Below are positions 25,755 to 38,886 of a stretch of 64,000 nt of DNA, one piece after another. Numbering within the stretch: the first letter of the stretch is position 1; each line of letters begins with the position of its first letter. The notes beneath the pieces are model-generated. The model made no database searches, had not been told where the DNA came from, and saw only the letters and a list, made by a program, of their open reading frames with translations. This stretch comes from Leucoraja ocellata (Eukaryota): NCBI GenBank assembly GCA_036785375.1, contig JAWMAR010000039.1, positions 1,364,001 to 1,428,000 of the forward strand. The letters run 5' to 3'. Made by a program: the position numbers and the translations under genes.

Positions 25755-26035
25755 CTCCCTGTTCCTCCCTCCTCGCCCCACTCCTCGCCCCCACTCCTCG
25801 CACCTCCCTCCTTCCTCGCCCCCTCCCTCCTTGCCCTTCAATTCTCCCTCTCCCTCCTCGCTCTCATTCCTCACACTCCCTTTTGCACTCCCTGCTCGTC
25901 CTTACTCCTTCCCCCTCAATCTTCACCCTCGCTCTCTTCCCCCTCCCTCCTTCTGCTCTTACTCCTTCTCCCCCCCCCCCCCCTCCACTCATGGCCTGTT
26001 CACTCTTGCCCCCCACATTTCCTGCTCCTTGTCCT
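25755..26035. repeat. C/T-rich low-complexity (polypyrimidine) tract
   Basis: Direct observation of (cctc)-type repeats and poly-C. Confidence 0.85.
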
Positions 26036-26536
26036 CAGCGCTCACCCACACGATATTCCTAATGCCGGCCCTCTGGGACCCTTGCACTCTTACCACATCT
26101 ATTGTCAGCAAACCATTGTTAGCAACAGTTTTCTCCCTACTCTCACACCATCTCCTCTGCCATCCGTCCACGGCAACCACCTTATGTTGATGCAAACCCT
26201 GACAACCACAATCTCTGGGAATGAGATTAGCTTCCACAGGTATGGTGCAGGAACCCAAGTCAACTCTCCATCCCACCATGAACTCTGCCGGAGAATTTGA
26301 ATCTCAGCACATTCTGGATATCAGTGACTTCAAATGAAATGGTAGAAACCAGCGATAAACCAGTGTCATCCTTCTTGGAAAATTTGCAGAATCTCTGAAT
26401 CATTGGGATAAACTTTTCAGCATCCTGTTGGCCCATTTCACTTGATCAAGGTGAACAGAATTTTTGCAGTCTGACTCGCACTTGAGATGAACAACCACAC
26501 TGTCCCTGCCTCACTAAGATTGGGCGCTTCCAATGC

Positions 26537-26756
26537 TATAACATTGTCATAGGGTGATAGTGTGGAAACAGGCCCTTTAGCCCAACTTGCCCACACCGGC
26601 CAACAATGTCCCAGCTATACTGGTCCCACTTGCCTGCGCTTGGTCCATATCCCTCCAAACCTGTCCTAACCATGTACTTGTCTAAATGTCTCTTAAAGGA
26701 TGAGGTAGTCCCAGCCTCAACGACCTCCTCTGGCAGCTTGTTCCATATATCCACCT
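26537..26756 (-). mobile_element. CR1/HER1 3' end
   Basis: Minus ORF IWNKLPEEVVEAGTTSSFKRHLDKYM plus tail. Confidence 0.9.
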
Positions 26757-27856
26757 TTTTAAAGCCACAGGACTAATCTGTGTCTTTGATAAATCGTGGA
26801 GAAGGGAATTATTTTCAACCCATCATCTGGGGCAGGTAACTACCACACCACTGAGGTGGCAGACCAGGATCGAGGCCAGCTGAGTATTTCCAACATTTTC
26901 TGCTCTATTTCCAGAGGCAGGGCATGTTCCCCACAAATATGCTCTGATCATCCAGCCTTGCTTGTCTAAGAGGGAACCCACCCATTCCGAGCCACCCACC
27001 AGATTGTATCTTGTGGGGAATGTAATCATGCTTGGTTCTCTTTGTGAGGGCTTGCTGGCTGCAGCTTTGCTGGGAGTCGGTTTGCTGTGTGTATCTGTGG
27101 GGAGTTTGTGCGTGCGAGGCTGCCGGCACTCGTTATTGTTCTCTTACTGTGAAGAATCCACAACGAGGACATTTATGTTTTTCATTACAAAAAATCTATA
27201 AACTGACCTAAATAAACTGGGGGGGGGGGGGGGGGGGGAGGAAGGGGAAGGGAGAGAAGCCAAGGCCAGCAACAACTTTGAACAGCCTGCAATTTATGGC
27301 ATTTCATACTCGCGGTCATCTCTGACTAAGAAATGCAGGAAACTGAAAATTGGTTTCACCTGGCCTAATAAAGTGGGATCAGAAAGCTGTGTACGAGTCA
27401 CCAATCTCCGATGCATGTTGATGGAACTTGGATTTATGATATCTCAGCCCCTATGTAGCAAAGTTTTACCCTCTGTCAGCAGTGACTCGCTCGGTAAGAC
27501 CGTTGCTCTCAGTTGGACAGTTGCGAGTTCACGTCTCACAGAAGGGGCTCATGCTCCTCTTGTCCAGGCTGGGCAGGAAAATCCAGGCAAAGCTCACTTT
27601 CATGGCCCTCCAGATTACAAAGAACCATGTACTTATCTCCAGATCCTTTAGCAGCGATGGCCTCCTCTCTCAGTAAGTCCTGGCAGCCACAACCTACAGG
27701 GTGAAGGATAGGCTGGTCTGAAGAGCGGTCCTGACAAAAACATCTATTTATATCCCCCGGATATGCTGCATTCATCACTGCGGCTATGTGTCGCCATTTT
27801 CCATAACATGAAGCCGCATCACCCGCACTCGTGCCAACAAACACGAGAAAACATCA

Positions 27857-27957
27857 AAGATAGACACAAAGTGCTGGAGTAACTCAGCGGGTCAGACAGC
27901 ATCTCTGGAGAAAATGCATGGGTGGCGTTTCTGGTCGGGACCCTTCATCAGGCTGAC
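27857..27957 (-). mobile_element. Penelope-derived hammerhead-motif repeat
   Basis: The reverse complement reads cctgatgaagggtcccgaccagaaacgccacc.... Confidence 0.8.
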
Positions 27958-28344
27958 TATAGTGGGTGGGGGGGGAATGGAAGCGAGAGGGAAAAACAGG
28001 ACAAATGGGGGCCAGCAACGGATGAACTCGTGAAAGGAGGTTCCCTAATAAGCTGATTGTTGGCCAGAGATGTGTGAGCCATATTGAGGAAGTATATTTA
28101 TTTATTTTGTTTCCACATAAATTCTGTAAATTTTCGGTGAATTGTGGAGGGATGAATTTCTGTTACCCAAATGGCCGTACCATGGGAGACCCTCTGTTGC
28201 AGAGGGGAACAAGGCTTGGCTGCCGGCTGTCACATCAACAGCACGCCCGTGCACTCTGCTGCTGCTCCCTCAGGCTTATGTTCTTCTGCATTCTCCTCTC
28301 ATACACCGCTCTGGCATTCTGGAGCTCACTCTTGTACTGTCAAA

Positions 28345-28538
28345 TGCCCCTGTCCCACTTAGGAAACCTGAACGGAAACCTCTGGAGACTTTGCGCCTCA
28401 CCCAAGGTTTCCGTGTGGTTCCCAGAGGTTGCAGGTAGTAGAAGCAGGTAGGAAGACTGACAAAAACCTCCGGGAACCGCACAGAAATCTTGGGTGGGGC
28501 ACAAAGTCTCCAGAGGTTTCCTAAGTGGGACAGGGACA
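28345..28538. mobile_element. Palindromic MITE, PIF/Harbinger-like
   Basis: tgcccctgtcccacttaggaaacc...ggtttcctaagtgggacagggaca with long internal complementarity; followed by taa. Confidence 0.85.
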
Positions 28539-28937
28539 TAAGTTCCCATCGGGAACCCACGGTAACTGGGCCAGGCTGCCGTTGTAGGAAGCTGCCTGGT
28601 TTTTTCCAATGTATTTGGCCTCGGAAGCCAAAGCCAGTGATTGTGTAGATGGGAAAATGTAACCTAGAAGTGGAGGTAGATGGATTGGATTTTGATAAAA
28701 TCTGGGAATCCACAAGAGGTCAGCAATTGTATCAAGGTGAAAAGATGTGTTAGAATTTGGAATAAGCCCTGTGATCACAACATGGGAAGATGACCTGGTT
28801 TTAAACCGAGATAATGCAGCAGGAACATTTGTCAACGTGAGCTCCCTGCCTGCAGGCCAGGACTCCACTCTGTGGCTGCGTTATCAGCTGCTGAAGATGG
28901 AAAGCCACATGTGTGATTGGCCGTCTGAAGATTGTCT

Positions 28938-29230
28938 GTTTAGTTCAGAGATACAGCACGGAATCAGGCCCTTCTGCCCACCGAGCCCGCGCCAATCAGC
29001 CATCCCCGTACACTAACACTATCTTACACACTGGGGACAATTTACAATTTGAAGAAGCCAAATTAACCTGCAAACCTGTATGTCTTTGGAGTGTGGGAGG
29101 AAACCGGAGCACCCGGGGAAAACCCGCATGGTCACAGGGAGAACTCTGTACAGGTAGCGCCTGTAGTCAAGATCGAACCTGGGTCTCTGGCGCGGCAAGG
29201 CAGCAACTACTGCAAGGCCACTGTGCTGCC
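28938..29230 (-). mobile_element. HE1/V-SINE (tRNA head, V domain, CR1 tail)
   Basis: Reverse complement of the family at 33008-33322; gatcgaacctgggtc B-box; V-domain ggtttcctcccacactccaaagac. Confidence 0.9.
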
Positions 29231-29914
29231 TAGCTTTATTAGAGTAATATGTAACTGACGAGAAGGTGAATACAGGACTATAATAATGCAGAGTAGGTGG
29301 GACCCTGTCCAAAACATACATCATCATGGGCATTAGTGGGTCAGAGGCTGTCAATGGTAAGATTCCAGCCACTGCCTTTCTAAGGAGCAGTGGCAGGTTA
29401 CAGAACACACAAGAGTCTGGTAACTCTGGACAATGAGCATGTGTACATATCATTCATGTCCCATTGTGACCTTCTCTAGGTATTAACAGCCCATTGAAAT
29501 ATACTCATGAACAGTTTTACTGCAGCAAATAAGGTCAGGGACTATTTAAAGTGGAGGCAGGGAATCAGGCGATCAGCTACTTGAAACTGCTCCATTGCTC
29601 ACCAAGACCATGGCTGATCTCTCTGCTGGCCTCAGTTCCACTTCTCTGCTTGACCCCAACAACCCTCCAAATACAATTCACATGGACATGATGAACCTCA
29701 GCAAAACACAGTGCTGGAGGAACTCAGCGGGGTGCAGCAGCATCAATGGAGGGAATGGGCAACTTGGGTTGCGACCCTTCATCTGGACTGATTCCAGCAT
29801 CAGCCGCCTCTTGTGTCGACGTGATTAAACTTTGTTTTGGGATATTTTAAAGAATTGATTGAAAAACTATTCTTACGCACTCAATTGTTGTGCCCTGATT
29901 TACTGAGGATGGAA

Positions 29915-30135
29915 AGACACAATGTGCTGGAGTAACTCCGCAGGTCAGGCAGCATCTCTGGAGGTCATGGATAGGCAAAAATTAAAGTTTGGTCCCTTCT
30001 TCAGACTTGGACCCCGACCCAACCTGAAATGTCACCTATCCATGTTCTCCAGAGATGCTGCCTGACCTGCGGAGTTACTCCAGCACATTGTATCTTTCTT
30101 TTCTGTAAACGCACATCTGCAGTTCCTTGTGACTG
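29915..30135. mobile_element. Penelope-derived fold-back element
   Basis: Inverted arms sharing the variant ctccgcagg/cctgcggag. Confidence 0.85.
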
Positions 30136-31108
30136 CATAGAACAGTGTGGCACACGGATAGGCCCTTCAGCCCACAATGTCTGTGCCAAACATGATGTCA
30201 AGTTAAACCAATCTCCTCTGCCTGCATGTGATACATATCCTTCCATTCCCTTCATATCCATGTGCTTATTATATCTAAAAGCCTCTCAAATGCCAAGATC
30301 GTATCTCCCTCCACCACCACCCCTGGCAGCGCGTACCAGACACCCACCACATTGTGGTCCTGAACATGTCCTTTAAACTTTGCCCCTTAACGCTGTCCTT
30401 GATATTTCCACCCTGGGATAAAGGAGGTGGGAGATAATCTTTGCTTTACAAACGAGTATGTGAAAATTGCCATTAATGGAAAGACATATTGAGTCAGACA
30501 AGTGGTTAAATATTTAAGTTGAGTTGGAGACAGATGTGGTGGTAATTGCTACAGCAGGAAAGGAAACACTCATTTATTTTCCATGAATGTATTATAATCT
30601 CATGCTTCATCCTTTGTGGGTAGGAACCTTAATGATTTCTTTCTTTCTTCCACTGGGGGCCCAGTCTTCCTGCAAAAACGTCCAAAAGGAATCTTAAGCA
30701 CTGATCTTAATTTCCCACCATGTTAAGTTGAACACAAGGTGTGTTTCAGACATATAAAAAGTTGATGAGATTTACAAGAGAATTGCTAAATGTATTTGCG
30801 CTAATGAAATGGAACAGCAAGGACTGATCAGGGATGTTCAGTATGGCATGCATTGGAATTACCATTCTAGGCCATGATGCAACCAGTCAGGATACTTTCT
30901 ATTGTACATCTGCAGAGATCTTGTTAGAGTATTCGGAGACAGTGATTCTCTTCAAACTTTAAAGAAAGTAGAGGCAGTGTCGAGCCTTCTCTGTGAAGGC
31001 ATCTATGTGCTGGGGTCAGGAATACTCTGATGCGGGGTGCTGCCACAAAGCCACACCTAACACCAACAATTTCACCAATTGCTTTTCATCCAATGCTCTG
31101 TTATATTT

Positions 31109-31342
31109 AAGATAGACACAAAATGGAGGAGTAACTCAGCAGCATCTCTGGAGAGAAGAAATGGGTGATGTTTCAGGTCAAGACCCTTCTTTAGACTTCA
31201 GACCCTTCAGTCAGAAGAAGGGCCTCGACCTGAAACATCACCCATTCCTTCTTTCCAGAGATGCTGCCTTTCCCACTGAGTTACTCCAGCATTTTGTGTC
31301 TATCTTTGGTGCAAACCAGCATCTGCAGTTCCTTCCTACACA
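31109..31342. mobile_element. Penelope-derived fold-back element
   Basis: gatagacacaaaatgg...gacccttc // gaagaagggcctcgacctgaaacatcacc...gtgtctatc. Confidence 0.85.
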
Positions 31343-33007
31343 CCTTTGTGTTTAAGTCCTTGTGAGAAGGCAGGGTGGGATTCTGATGCTGTCAGACTGG
31401 CTCTTGATTCAGTGCTGGAAGGACCTGCTAGTGGAAAGCAGTGCCCAGAGTCATTACTGTCGTAGACAGTGCCTGTTGATCAGAAGCGATCGTTTCTGAT
31501 GAGCACCAGGGGGATATTTCTTTCATTTCATAAAATGCTTTTGTTTAAACATTATTATTTAAACATTATTGTTTAAACATTATTATTAAATCACCAGGTA
31601 GTCCAGCTGTGTGATCTGGCAAACAATCACAGAGTATCTTAATGAAAAAAGTGTTGCCTATTTTCTCCTCTAAACTACAGCTGAGTTTGTGAGTTGAATT
31701 TAATCGCAGATGGCATTGTGCCTAATCCTTGTGCAACAGTAGAGGGGGCCAGAGTCCACCGATTTTCCATCTGAAAATCCTGACTGCAGTTCGCTGGTAA
31801 TATTCAAGAGTCAAAGAGTCCTATGTACCGACCACGAAACAATGAAGTTCTTACTTGCAGCAGCATAACACGGTACTCACAATATTCATAGATAATGTAT
31901 AACAATCAAAGATTCAATAAACTAATAACCACAATGCTAGTCTGAACACTCCCCAAAAACATCAATGCTAAAGTCGTTGCTGACTTTAAGCTGGCCAATC
32001 AAACAGAACGCGGGTGTTCAATCCAAACACTTTCATCACAGGAGAGTAGCAATTAACACAGTGCGAGGAATCACTATACCGAGGAAATTTGAATCGACTG
32101 AAAAAGTAATGAAGAATAAAGAAACCAGTGGGTGGTGGATACAGTGAGACTTTTTCTGTCAGAAATTTTAAAGGGGCAGATAAAAAGCAGAATGGGAAGG
32201 GAGAGGAGTGCGAATGAAGAGAGATGAGGAGGAGCGGAGGTAAGGGAATTAGGATGTGTGGAGTGAGCTGAGTGGAGAAGAGCCGACAGGGAAGGAGAGA
32301 GAAACATTAAAAGGAAGTGCTGAATATTTGCGGTTCTGACCATTAATTCCATGTCCAGATTTCCAGATGCTTTTGTTTATAGTTTGAGTACAGCAATTAT
32401 TGTGGGCTGACTCAATCCCAGTCAATAATAATTTTCCGAATGCATTTACTGTTCTTTCTATCCCCGTTATCTGTTAAATCAGGAATTCCTGATTGTGTCC
32501 CTTTCAGCAGATTGAAGAGTAATTCGTGCCAGGTTCTTGTTATTTGCTTTTGTTATCACTCCATCGTTCACTTTGACCTTGCCCTGCTCTGTCACCTCTG
32601 TTCCCAACCTCTGCAGCCCACGGACTCCAACTGGAAATGTAACGGCAGGCAGCATGAGCATGTTCCTGCCCTTTGGGCATCAAGGCAGAGCAGGCACCTT
32701 GCTACCCAGCAAGACAGGAAGAAGCATTTACAACCATTGGGAATCAGGCAGCAGTTCCCAGGCTGTGGACTTGAATGTGAAAGTGCAACATTTAAAGCTC
32801 ATGGTTTTGCTGTTGGGTGGGGATTCAATCAAGGAGGTCCCTGTCGCAAGGAGGGGAGGGGAAGGGAAGAAGTCACAGGTGTTGATCCTCTGAACAAATG
32901 CAATATCTTCTGACCGTCAGTGTCTGGACTGAGTTGATCATTCAGGGAACCTGAGAGGCAGCAATGAGTTTGGTGCACTCACTGCACCAACACCAACACC
33001 AACACCA

Positions 33008-33322
33008 GGGCGGCGCGGCATGGTGGCCCAGCTGCCGTACAGTGCCAGAGACCCGGGTTTGATCCCTACCGCGGGTGCTGTCTGTACGGAATTTGTACGT
33101 TCTTCCCGGTGACCTGCGTGGGTCTTCTCTGAGATCACCAGTTTCCTCTCACACGCCAAAGACGTACAGGTTTGTAGGTTAATTGGCTTTGGTAAAATTG
33201 TAAATTGCCCCCAGTGCGTGTAGGATGATGTTAGTGTGCGGGGATCGCTGGTTGATGCGGACTTTGTGGGCCGAAGGGCCTGTTTCCGCGCTGTATCTCT
33301 AAACGAAACTGAATGAAACTAA
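33008..33322 (+). mobile_element. HE1/V-SINE, near full length
   Basis: tRNA-derived head with B-box (gacccgggtttgatccc), V-domain (ctgcgtgggt...tttcctctcacacgccaaagacgt), CR1/HER1 tail (gggccgaagggcctgtttccgcgctgtatctctaaac) and (aaact)n end. Confidence 0.92.
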
Positions 33323-34747
33323 AAAACTATATAAGTTTGCCCTCTCTATGTATGTCCCGTCCCCATGGCCGCACGTCAGTGCCAGTTCAGGAGCTTTGGA
33401 ACGTTTCGAAATGCTCTAAATTTGTGAAGTGCGGTGTACATCAGATGTTGACATCTTAGCCTTGCAAAGTATGGCTGCTCACAGTAAGACCATCATGGCA
33501 CAGTTGTTGACAGGGAATTCAGGAGGGCACTGGGTTTCGGATTGATGAAGACACATCCCAAGATAGAGTGCCCAATACCACAGGTTTGGAAGCAGATTCC
33601 AGGGCCAGTATCCCATGGGAAGCTGTTCCCATGGGACGTTTAACTCTGACCTAAGCACACCAGATGACAGGACCATGACTAGACCACCAAGGCCCATGAG
33701 CCTGCCATTCAATGCCATCAGATCTGATCTAAGCTGTTCTTAACTCCTCGTCTGTGCCAGTTCCCTGTCATCCTCAATTCCTTGACCTTTCAAATCTTTA
33801 TCTATCGCAACCTTTAATATACCTGATGATCCAGGCTCCACCACTTGCTGGGGGCAGTGTTCCAGAGATTCACCATGGACTGGGAGAAGAAAATTCCGCT
33901 TTAGTTGATGATGCACCATATCTTGTTGCTTGGGGCAGGTGACAGGACGGCCCGTTCTGTTTTTGGAGCTGGCTGCGTGACGCTTACAGTTCCACACGCA
34001 GGTCTCTGCACATGCAGCTGAAATCTGCCCAAGAGCAAGCACACTAACAATGTGCGAGGGAAGGACCAAGTTTCAAGATCAGCCTGTGGAGGTGTTTCCT
34101 GCGCTCGTTATCCGCTGTTTTTTGCGTGTGGAACCAGACGGGGGGAGGGGGTGCGTTTGTGGGAGCCGCGAGCTGACAGTGTGGGTGGGGGAAGAGCCTC
34201 CCAGGGAAAGGGGCTGTACAAGCCACAGCTTCCCCTCTCATTGCTGAGTCCTTGCATTCATTCAAAGGCAGTAACCGGGGAAACACCTGGATGGGCAGCT
34301 CCGCGGTTGGGTGGAGACCGATGCCATCAAGTACTCCAGTGGGGAGAGTGAAACGATGCAGGCTGAGCAGGGGAGTTGTTTGGGAGGCAGCAGATGTTTA
34401 ATACCGTTGACGTGGGAATCAATGAATGTTGTCCAATTTTCCCCGGCTGCCCCTGGGAGGGTCTGTTGATTTTGTTTTTTTCTTGTGGGGGAGGTTTCAA
34501 CATTGGAAGGATTTTGTGGGGTCTGTAAAGTGGGAGAATGGACAAGTTTCATGCTTGACGTTGTCCTGAGTCTTACTGTTGCCAAACCTCTGTATATCCA
34601 GCAGGGCTTGCTTCCTTGTCATCATGTCGGAGACATTCCCGGCATTTTATCCCCAGTAATGGCAGACGTGGGCGTATACACACCCCTCCCACTGGGTGAT
34701 GGATTCACTCCTCGCACTTGGCGACCGTTACGGGTTTCTGGAGTTAT

Positions 34748-35108
34748 TGGGGGAACAGGTACTGCACGACTGTGGCGTAGCCCTGTACAGTCCTGTCAGT
34801 ATTGGGGGAACAGGTACAATGATGTGACTTTTTTGTGGCTCCTGTAGATACTGCACCAGGTACAGTGAGGGGACTGTGATACAGTCCTGTCAGTACTGAG
34901 GTACAGTGGGACTGAGGTGTGGCTCTGTCCAGTCCCTTCAGTACTGATGGGACTGTGTGTAGCCCTATACTGTTCTGATACCAGGTTTTGTGATGGGACT
35001 GTGGTAGCTCTGTACTGTTCTGTAAATACTACACCAGGTAGTACAGTGATGGAACTGTGGTGGAGCGCTGTACAATCCTGTCGGGACTGAGGGACGAAGT
35101 ACAGTGTT
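34748..35108. repeat. Degenerate minisatellite, about 45-60-bp unit (ggtacagtgatgggactgtggt..agccctgtacagtcctgtcagtactg)
   Basis: Recurring ggtacagtga, ggactgtg and cagtcctgtcagta blocks. Confidence 0.75.
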
Positions 35109-35861
35109 TGGACAAGATGTGAAACTCTGGTAGTCTCTGCAGTGGGAGATGACAGCTGTATTGTTGGCTTGCTGAGGTTGCTGCAGGTCAGTAATATTCC
35201 TGTCGTGGGTTGGGCTGCTTGCTTTTCACTATACATTTGGATCAGCCCTGGAAATGTTTCCCTCATTGTCCAGTGTGATTCTGCTGCTGAGCCAGCCCAC
35301 TGCTCATGCTGGGGGCTCACAGACTTCCCCAGGGACACTGTGATTGTGGGGGCAGCTCTGTGTGTCTGAGATACTTCCGCAGGAAGCCTGCCAAGAACTG
35401 TCTCTCAAAGCTGTTGAAGGTTCACTGATGGAAATAAAAAAAGGGTATTTAGTAACAATGTTTAAAGACCTGGTGCCTGAGACATAGTAAGATGTCATGA
35501 ACAGCTTCACAGGTACAAGGTAGGACACAAACCACTCGAGCAGATATAACGGCAGGCGATTAAAAAGTTTATTTGAAATGATTTGAATGAGTGTCTGAAT
35601 GGATAAAGTAGAGGTGGGGGTAGTGTAGTGATTTAGAGAGGGCATTACAGAGCTGTGGACCTTGAAGATGCCATCAGTCTGAAGTGCCGTCTGTCTCGGA
35701 GATGTATGAACAGTGAGAATTACAGGAGCACGGAGAATTCAAAGTTGGACGGTAAGACGAGGTTATGAAGCCTGGGAGGGAAGAGGCGACGGAGAAATTT
35801 GAACAAAATGTGAAGTTTAAAATGGAGGTGTAATGTGAAAAGAAGCTTAGGATGGTGGATG

Positions 35862-36325
35862 GTTTAATTGAGTTTATTTATTATCACGTGCACAGAGGTA
35901 CAGTGAAAAGTTTGCTCTGCATGCCATCCAGTCAGATTACACAGTGATTACACGTGCAATAGATCCTCTTGTGGAACAGCACGCAGAGAGTCGCCACGTT
36001 CAGGCACCATCTTGCAACTTCCAAGTCTCTGAAAAGTCCGATCTTGTCTCAAGGAGATCTGCAGTTTCGTATTTTTTCACTTTAAGGCCCGGTGTCCTGG
36101 TGGCTCTGGATGGATGAATTAGGGGTCGGCCTGGCCCAGTGCGATGCTGTCGGCTTCTTCCACCGCCGCTCCGTGCAGCTGCCGCAGGCTGCGCTCGATC
36201 CGCTCGCTCGCCCGGCTGCTGTAGGACCTCCCGCGGCTGCCTCCGCCAACACCACCACCCATGATCGCTGCAAACGCACAGTTCGTCGTCTCCAGCAGCT
36301 CCCACTCCGTCCTCGTGTGGCCAAG
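35862..36325 (-). mobile_element. Bipartite non-autonomous LINE-tail element with CpG-rich head
   Basis: A-rich LINE-type tail near 35862-35935, middle shared with 22680-22860, and a GC/CpG-rich segment at 36083-36325. Confidence 0.55.
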
Positions 36326-36610
36326 GTCATTTGTGCTGTTTACGGAACCTTGGGGCACTCTCGGAGAAATATGCCTTGGAGATGGTGCAGAAAAAAATTA
36401 CTGGAAGACGATGAAAACCTTAGAGTGGAGAAATGTCTTGTCCACAGAGCAATGGCAATCTAGGGGAGATTTGGCAGCGGTGTTGAAAGTCATAAAATAA
36501 AAAGGGAATCATTTTGTGTCTGGAGGATCAGTAGGCAAAGGATACAGATCTGTAAATGGCCAAAGAATCGATGAGTTTAAAAGGGAATAGAATAATGTGG
36601 TAAGCAGCAT

Positions 36611-36712
36611 CAGTCTGAAGAAGAGTCTCGACCCAAAACATCACCCATTCCTTCTCTCCAGTGATGCTGCCTGTCCCGCTGAGTTACTCCAGTAATTTGT
36701 GTCTACCTTCTC
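36611..36712 (+). mobile_element. Penelope-derived hammerhead-motif repeat
   Basis: cagtctgaagaagagtctcgacccaaaacatcacc...gagttactccag. Confidence 0.8.
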
Positions 36713-38049
36713 TTCCTTTGGTTTGAGGAGATGAGCGCAGAGACGCTGACTCAGGTCTGCTGCGATCAGGCAACGTTACTCAGGCTGCGTGTCTGCTTTC
36801 TGCGGCTGTGTTATCACCGTGTGATCTCTCTATCCCCCAAAAAAATCCTTTACACCAGCTGGAAAAACACTCTCAGAACAATCTCAGTGTTCCTGTTTGT
36901 ACAGTAAAGAAAAACAAGCCAAGAGGGACGGCTGCCATTGGCACCCGTGTTTTTCTTCCCTTCCCCTGAATAATTTAGCTCAATTTCCATCTCAGGAAGC
37001 AGTGTGTGTCTCTGCTGGGGCCCCGGCCAACTTCTGAAATTCCCAAACTTCCTCTGCCAGTAAAGATCAGTGAAAGTGAAAGGCGAAGGTTTCACAGGAG
37101 CCCAGCTCCAGCCTCCCACTCACCCCCAGCCTCCTCCACATCCAGCAGCGGACGTCCTGACAGATAAGACCTCACTTCTTGTTGTGGTGCGACCAGCACC
37201 TGTGAGTATCGCCGACGCAAGTGAATCCACTGACACGTCTCACTTCACTCGACTACAAAGCGGGCAACTCTCTGAAATCTCTGCAGAACCTCCTGAGGCT
37301 GCCGTTTTCAACTCTAAGCAAACCATCCTACCCCTCAAAGGTTGTACTCAGTATGTACTGAGGGATCTCGGAGACTAAGTCCATCATTCCCAGAAAGTGG
37401 CAACACAAGTCGGTAGAGTGTTACAGGAGGCATAGGTCGGAACATTGAATATAAGAGTCGGGGGGGGGGGGGGGGGGGCTAGCGGCACGTAAACTGAAGC
37501 ACCTCAGTGTGACTTTTGATTGCTACCAGACCAGGCATGAGGATGTTTTTATTAGCTTCCAGTGCTGTGAATGTACACACTAACTGACTTGTCCGTGTAG
37601 TTGGGTGATTGCTTATACTGGGGGCAACCTCTGATTAAAATAAAAGCCACACGGAGTGCAAGTACGGGTCATTTAATAAAAATAATGGGGAAAGAATACT
37701 TCTCGGAACAAGGCCCTCTGAAGGAGCGGGGCTGCTGTAATGAGTATGTATTGAACGGAGGGTAGCAAAGTGTTCTGTAATTGGAATGTTTGGTCCCCAG
37801 GGTCAGTCTGTCACACATTGGGTTGTAACTGCAATCTGAACGGTGGGGGTGGGGGTGGGGGTGTAGCTGCCGACACTCCATAGAACGGCTTCAAATTCAG
37901 GGAGTGTTTATTAGCATCGGTGTGTTCCCGCATCAGCTAGCAGCTGGTGGTGAGCGAGGCAGCATCCGGTGAAACACCGCTTGCATCAACACGTGTGTGG
38001 GGAAAGACTGACACATGCACTTGTCTTGTACAGAATCAACGCACACATA

Positions 38050-38886
38050 CAGTGCCCTCCATAATATTTGGGACAAAGACCCATCATTTCATTATTTGCT
38101 TCTGTACTCCACAATTTGAGATTTGTAATAGAAGAAAATAATATGTGGTTAAAGTGCACATTGTCTGATTTTAATAAAGGCCATTTTTATGCATTTTGGT
38201 TTTACCATGTAGAAATTACAGCAGTGTTCAGACATGATCTTCCCATTTCAGGGCACCATAATGTTTGGCACACAGCAATGTCATGTAAATGAAAATAGTC
38301 ATGTTTAGTATTTTGTTGTATATCCTTTACATGCAATGACTGCTTATTATCTGCGATTCATGGACATCACCAGTTGCTGGGTGTCTTCTCTGGTGATGCT
38401 CTGCCAGGCCTGTATTGCAGCCATCTTTAGTGTATGCTTGTTTTGGGGGAAGTCCCCTTCACCTTTCTCTTCAGCATATAAAAGGCATGCTCAATTGGGT
38501 TCAGATCGGGTGATTGACTTGGCCACCCAAAAAATGACCATTTTTAGCTTTGAAAAATGTTTTTGCAGTAGTCTTGGGATCATTGTCTTGCTGTAGAATG
38601 GATTGCCAGCCAATGAGTTTTGAGGCATTTGTTTAAACCTGAGCAGATAGGATGTGTCTATACACTTCAAAATTCATTATGCTACTACCACCAGCAGTTG
38701 TTTCATCAATGAAGATAAGTGAGCCAATACCTTCAGCAGCCATACATGCCCAGGCCATAACATTCCCACCACCATGTTTCACAGATGAAGATATGCTTTG
38801 GATCTTGGGCAGTTCCTTCTCTCCTCCATACTTTCCTCTTGCCATCACTCTGATATAAGTTCATCTTTGTCTCATCTGTCCATAAG
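38050..38886 (-). mobile_element. Tc1-family DNA transposon, one end plus degenerate DDE domain
   Basis: ta|cagtgccctcc terminus at 38050. Minus-strand motifs LWTDETKMN (ends 38886), SVKHGGGNVMAWACM, QQDNDP and WPSQSPDLNPIEHA; frameshifted and truncated. Confidence 0.93.

Noticed and set aside
25611-26300. 229-aa Pro/Ser/Leu-rich ORF
   Set aside because: Artifact of a polypyrimidine low-complexity tract.
33008-33075. tRNA gene
   Set aside because: It is the tRNA-derived head of a V-SINE, with a deleted A-box region and no cloverleaf.
36119-36358. 79-aa minus ORF as a retrogene
   Set aside because: No protein family recognised; multiple frames are open simply because of high GC.
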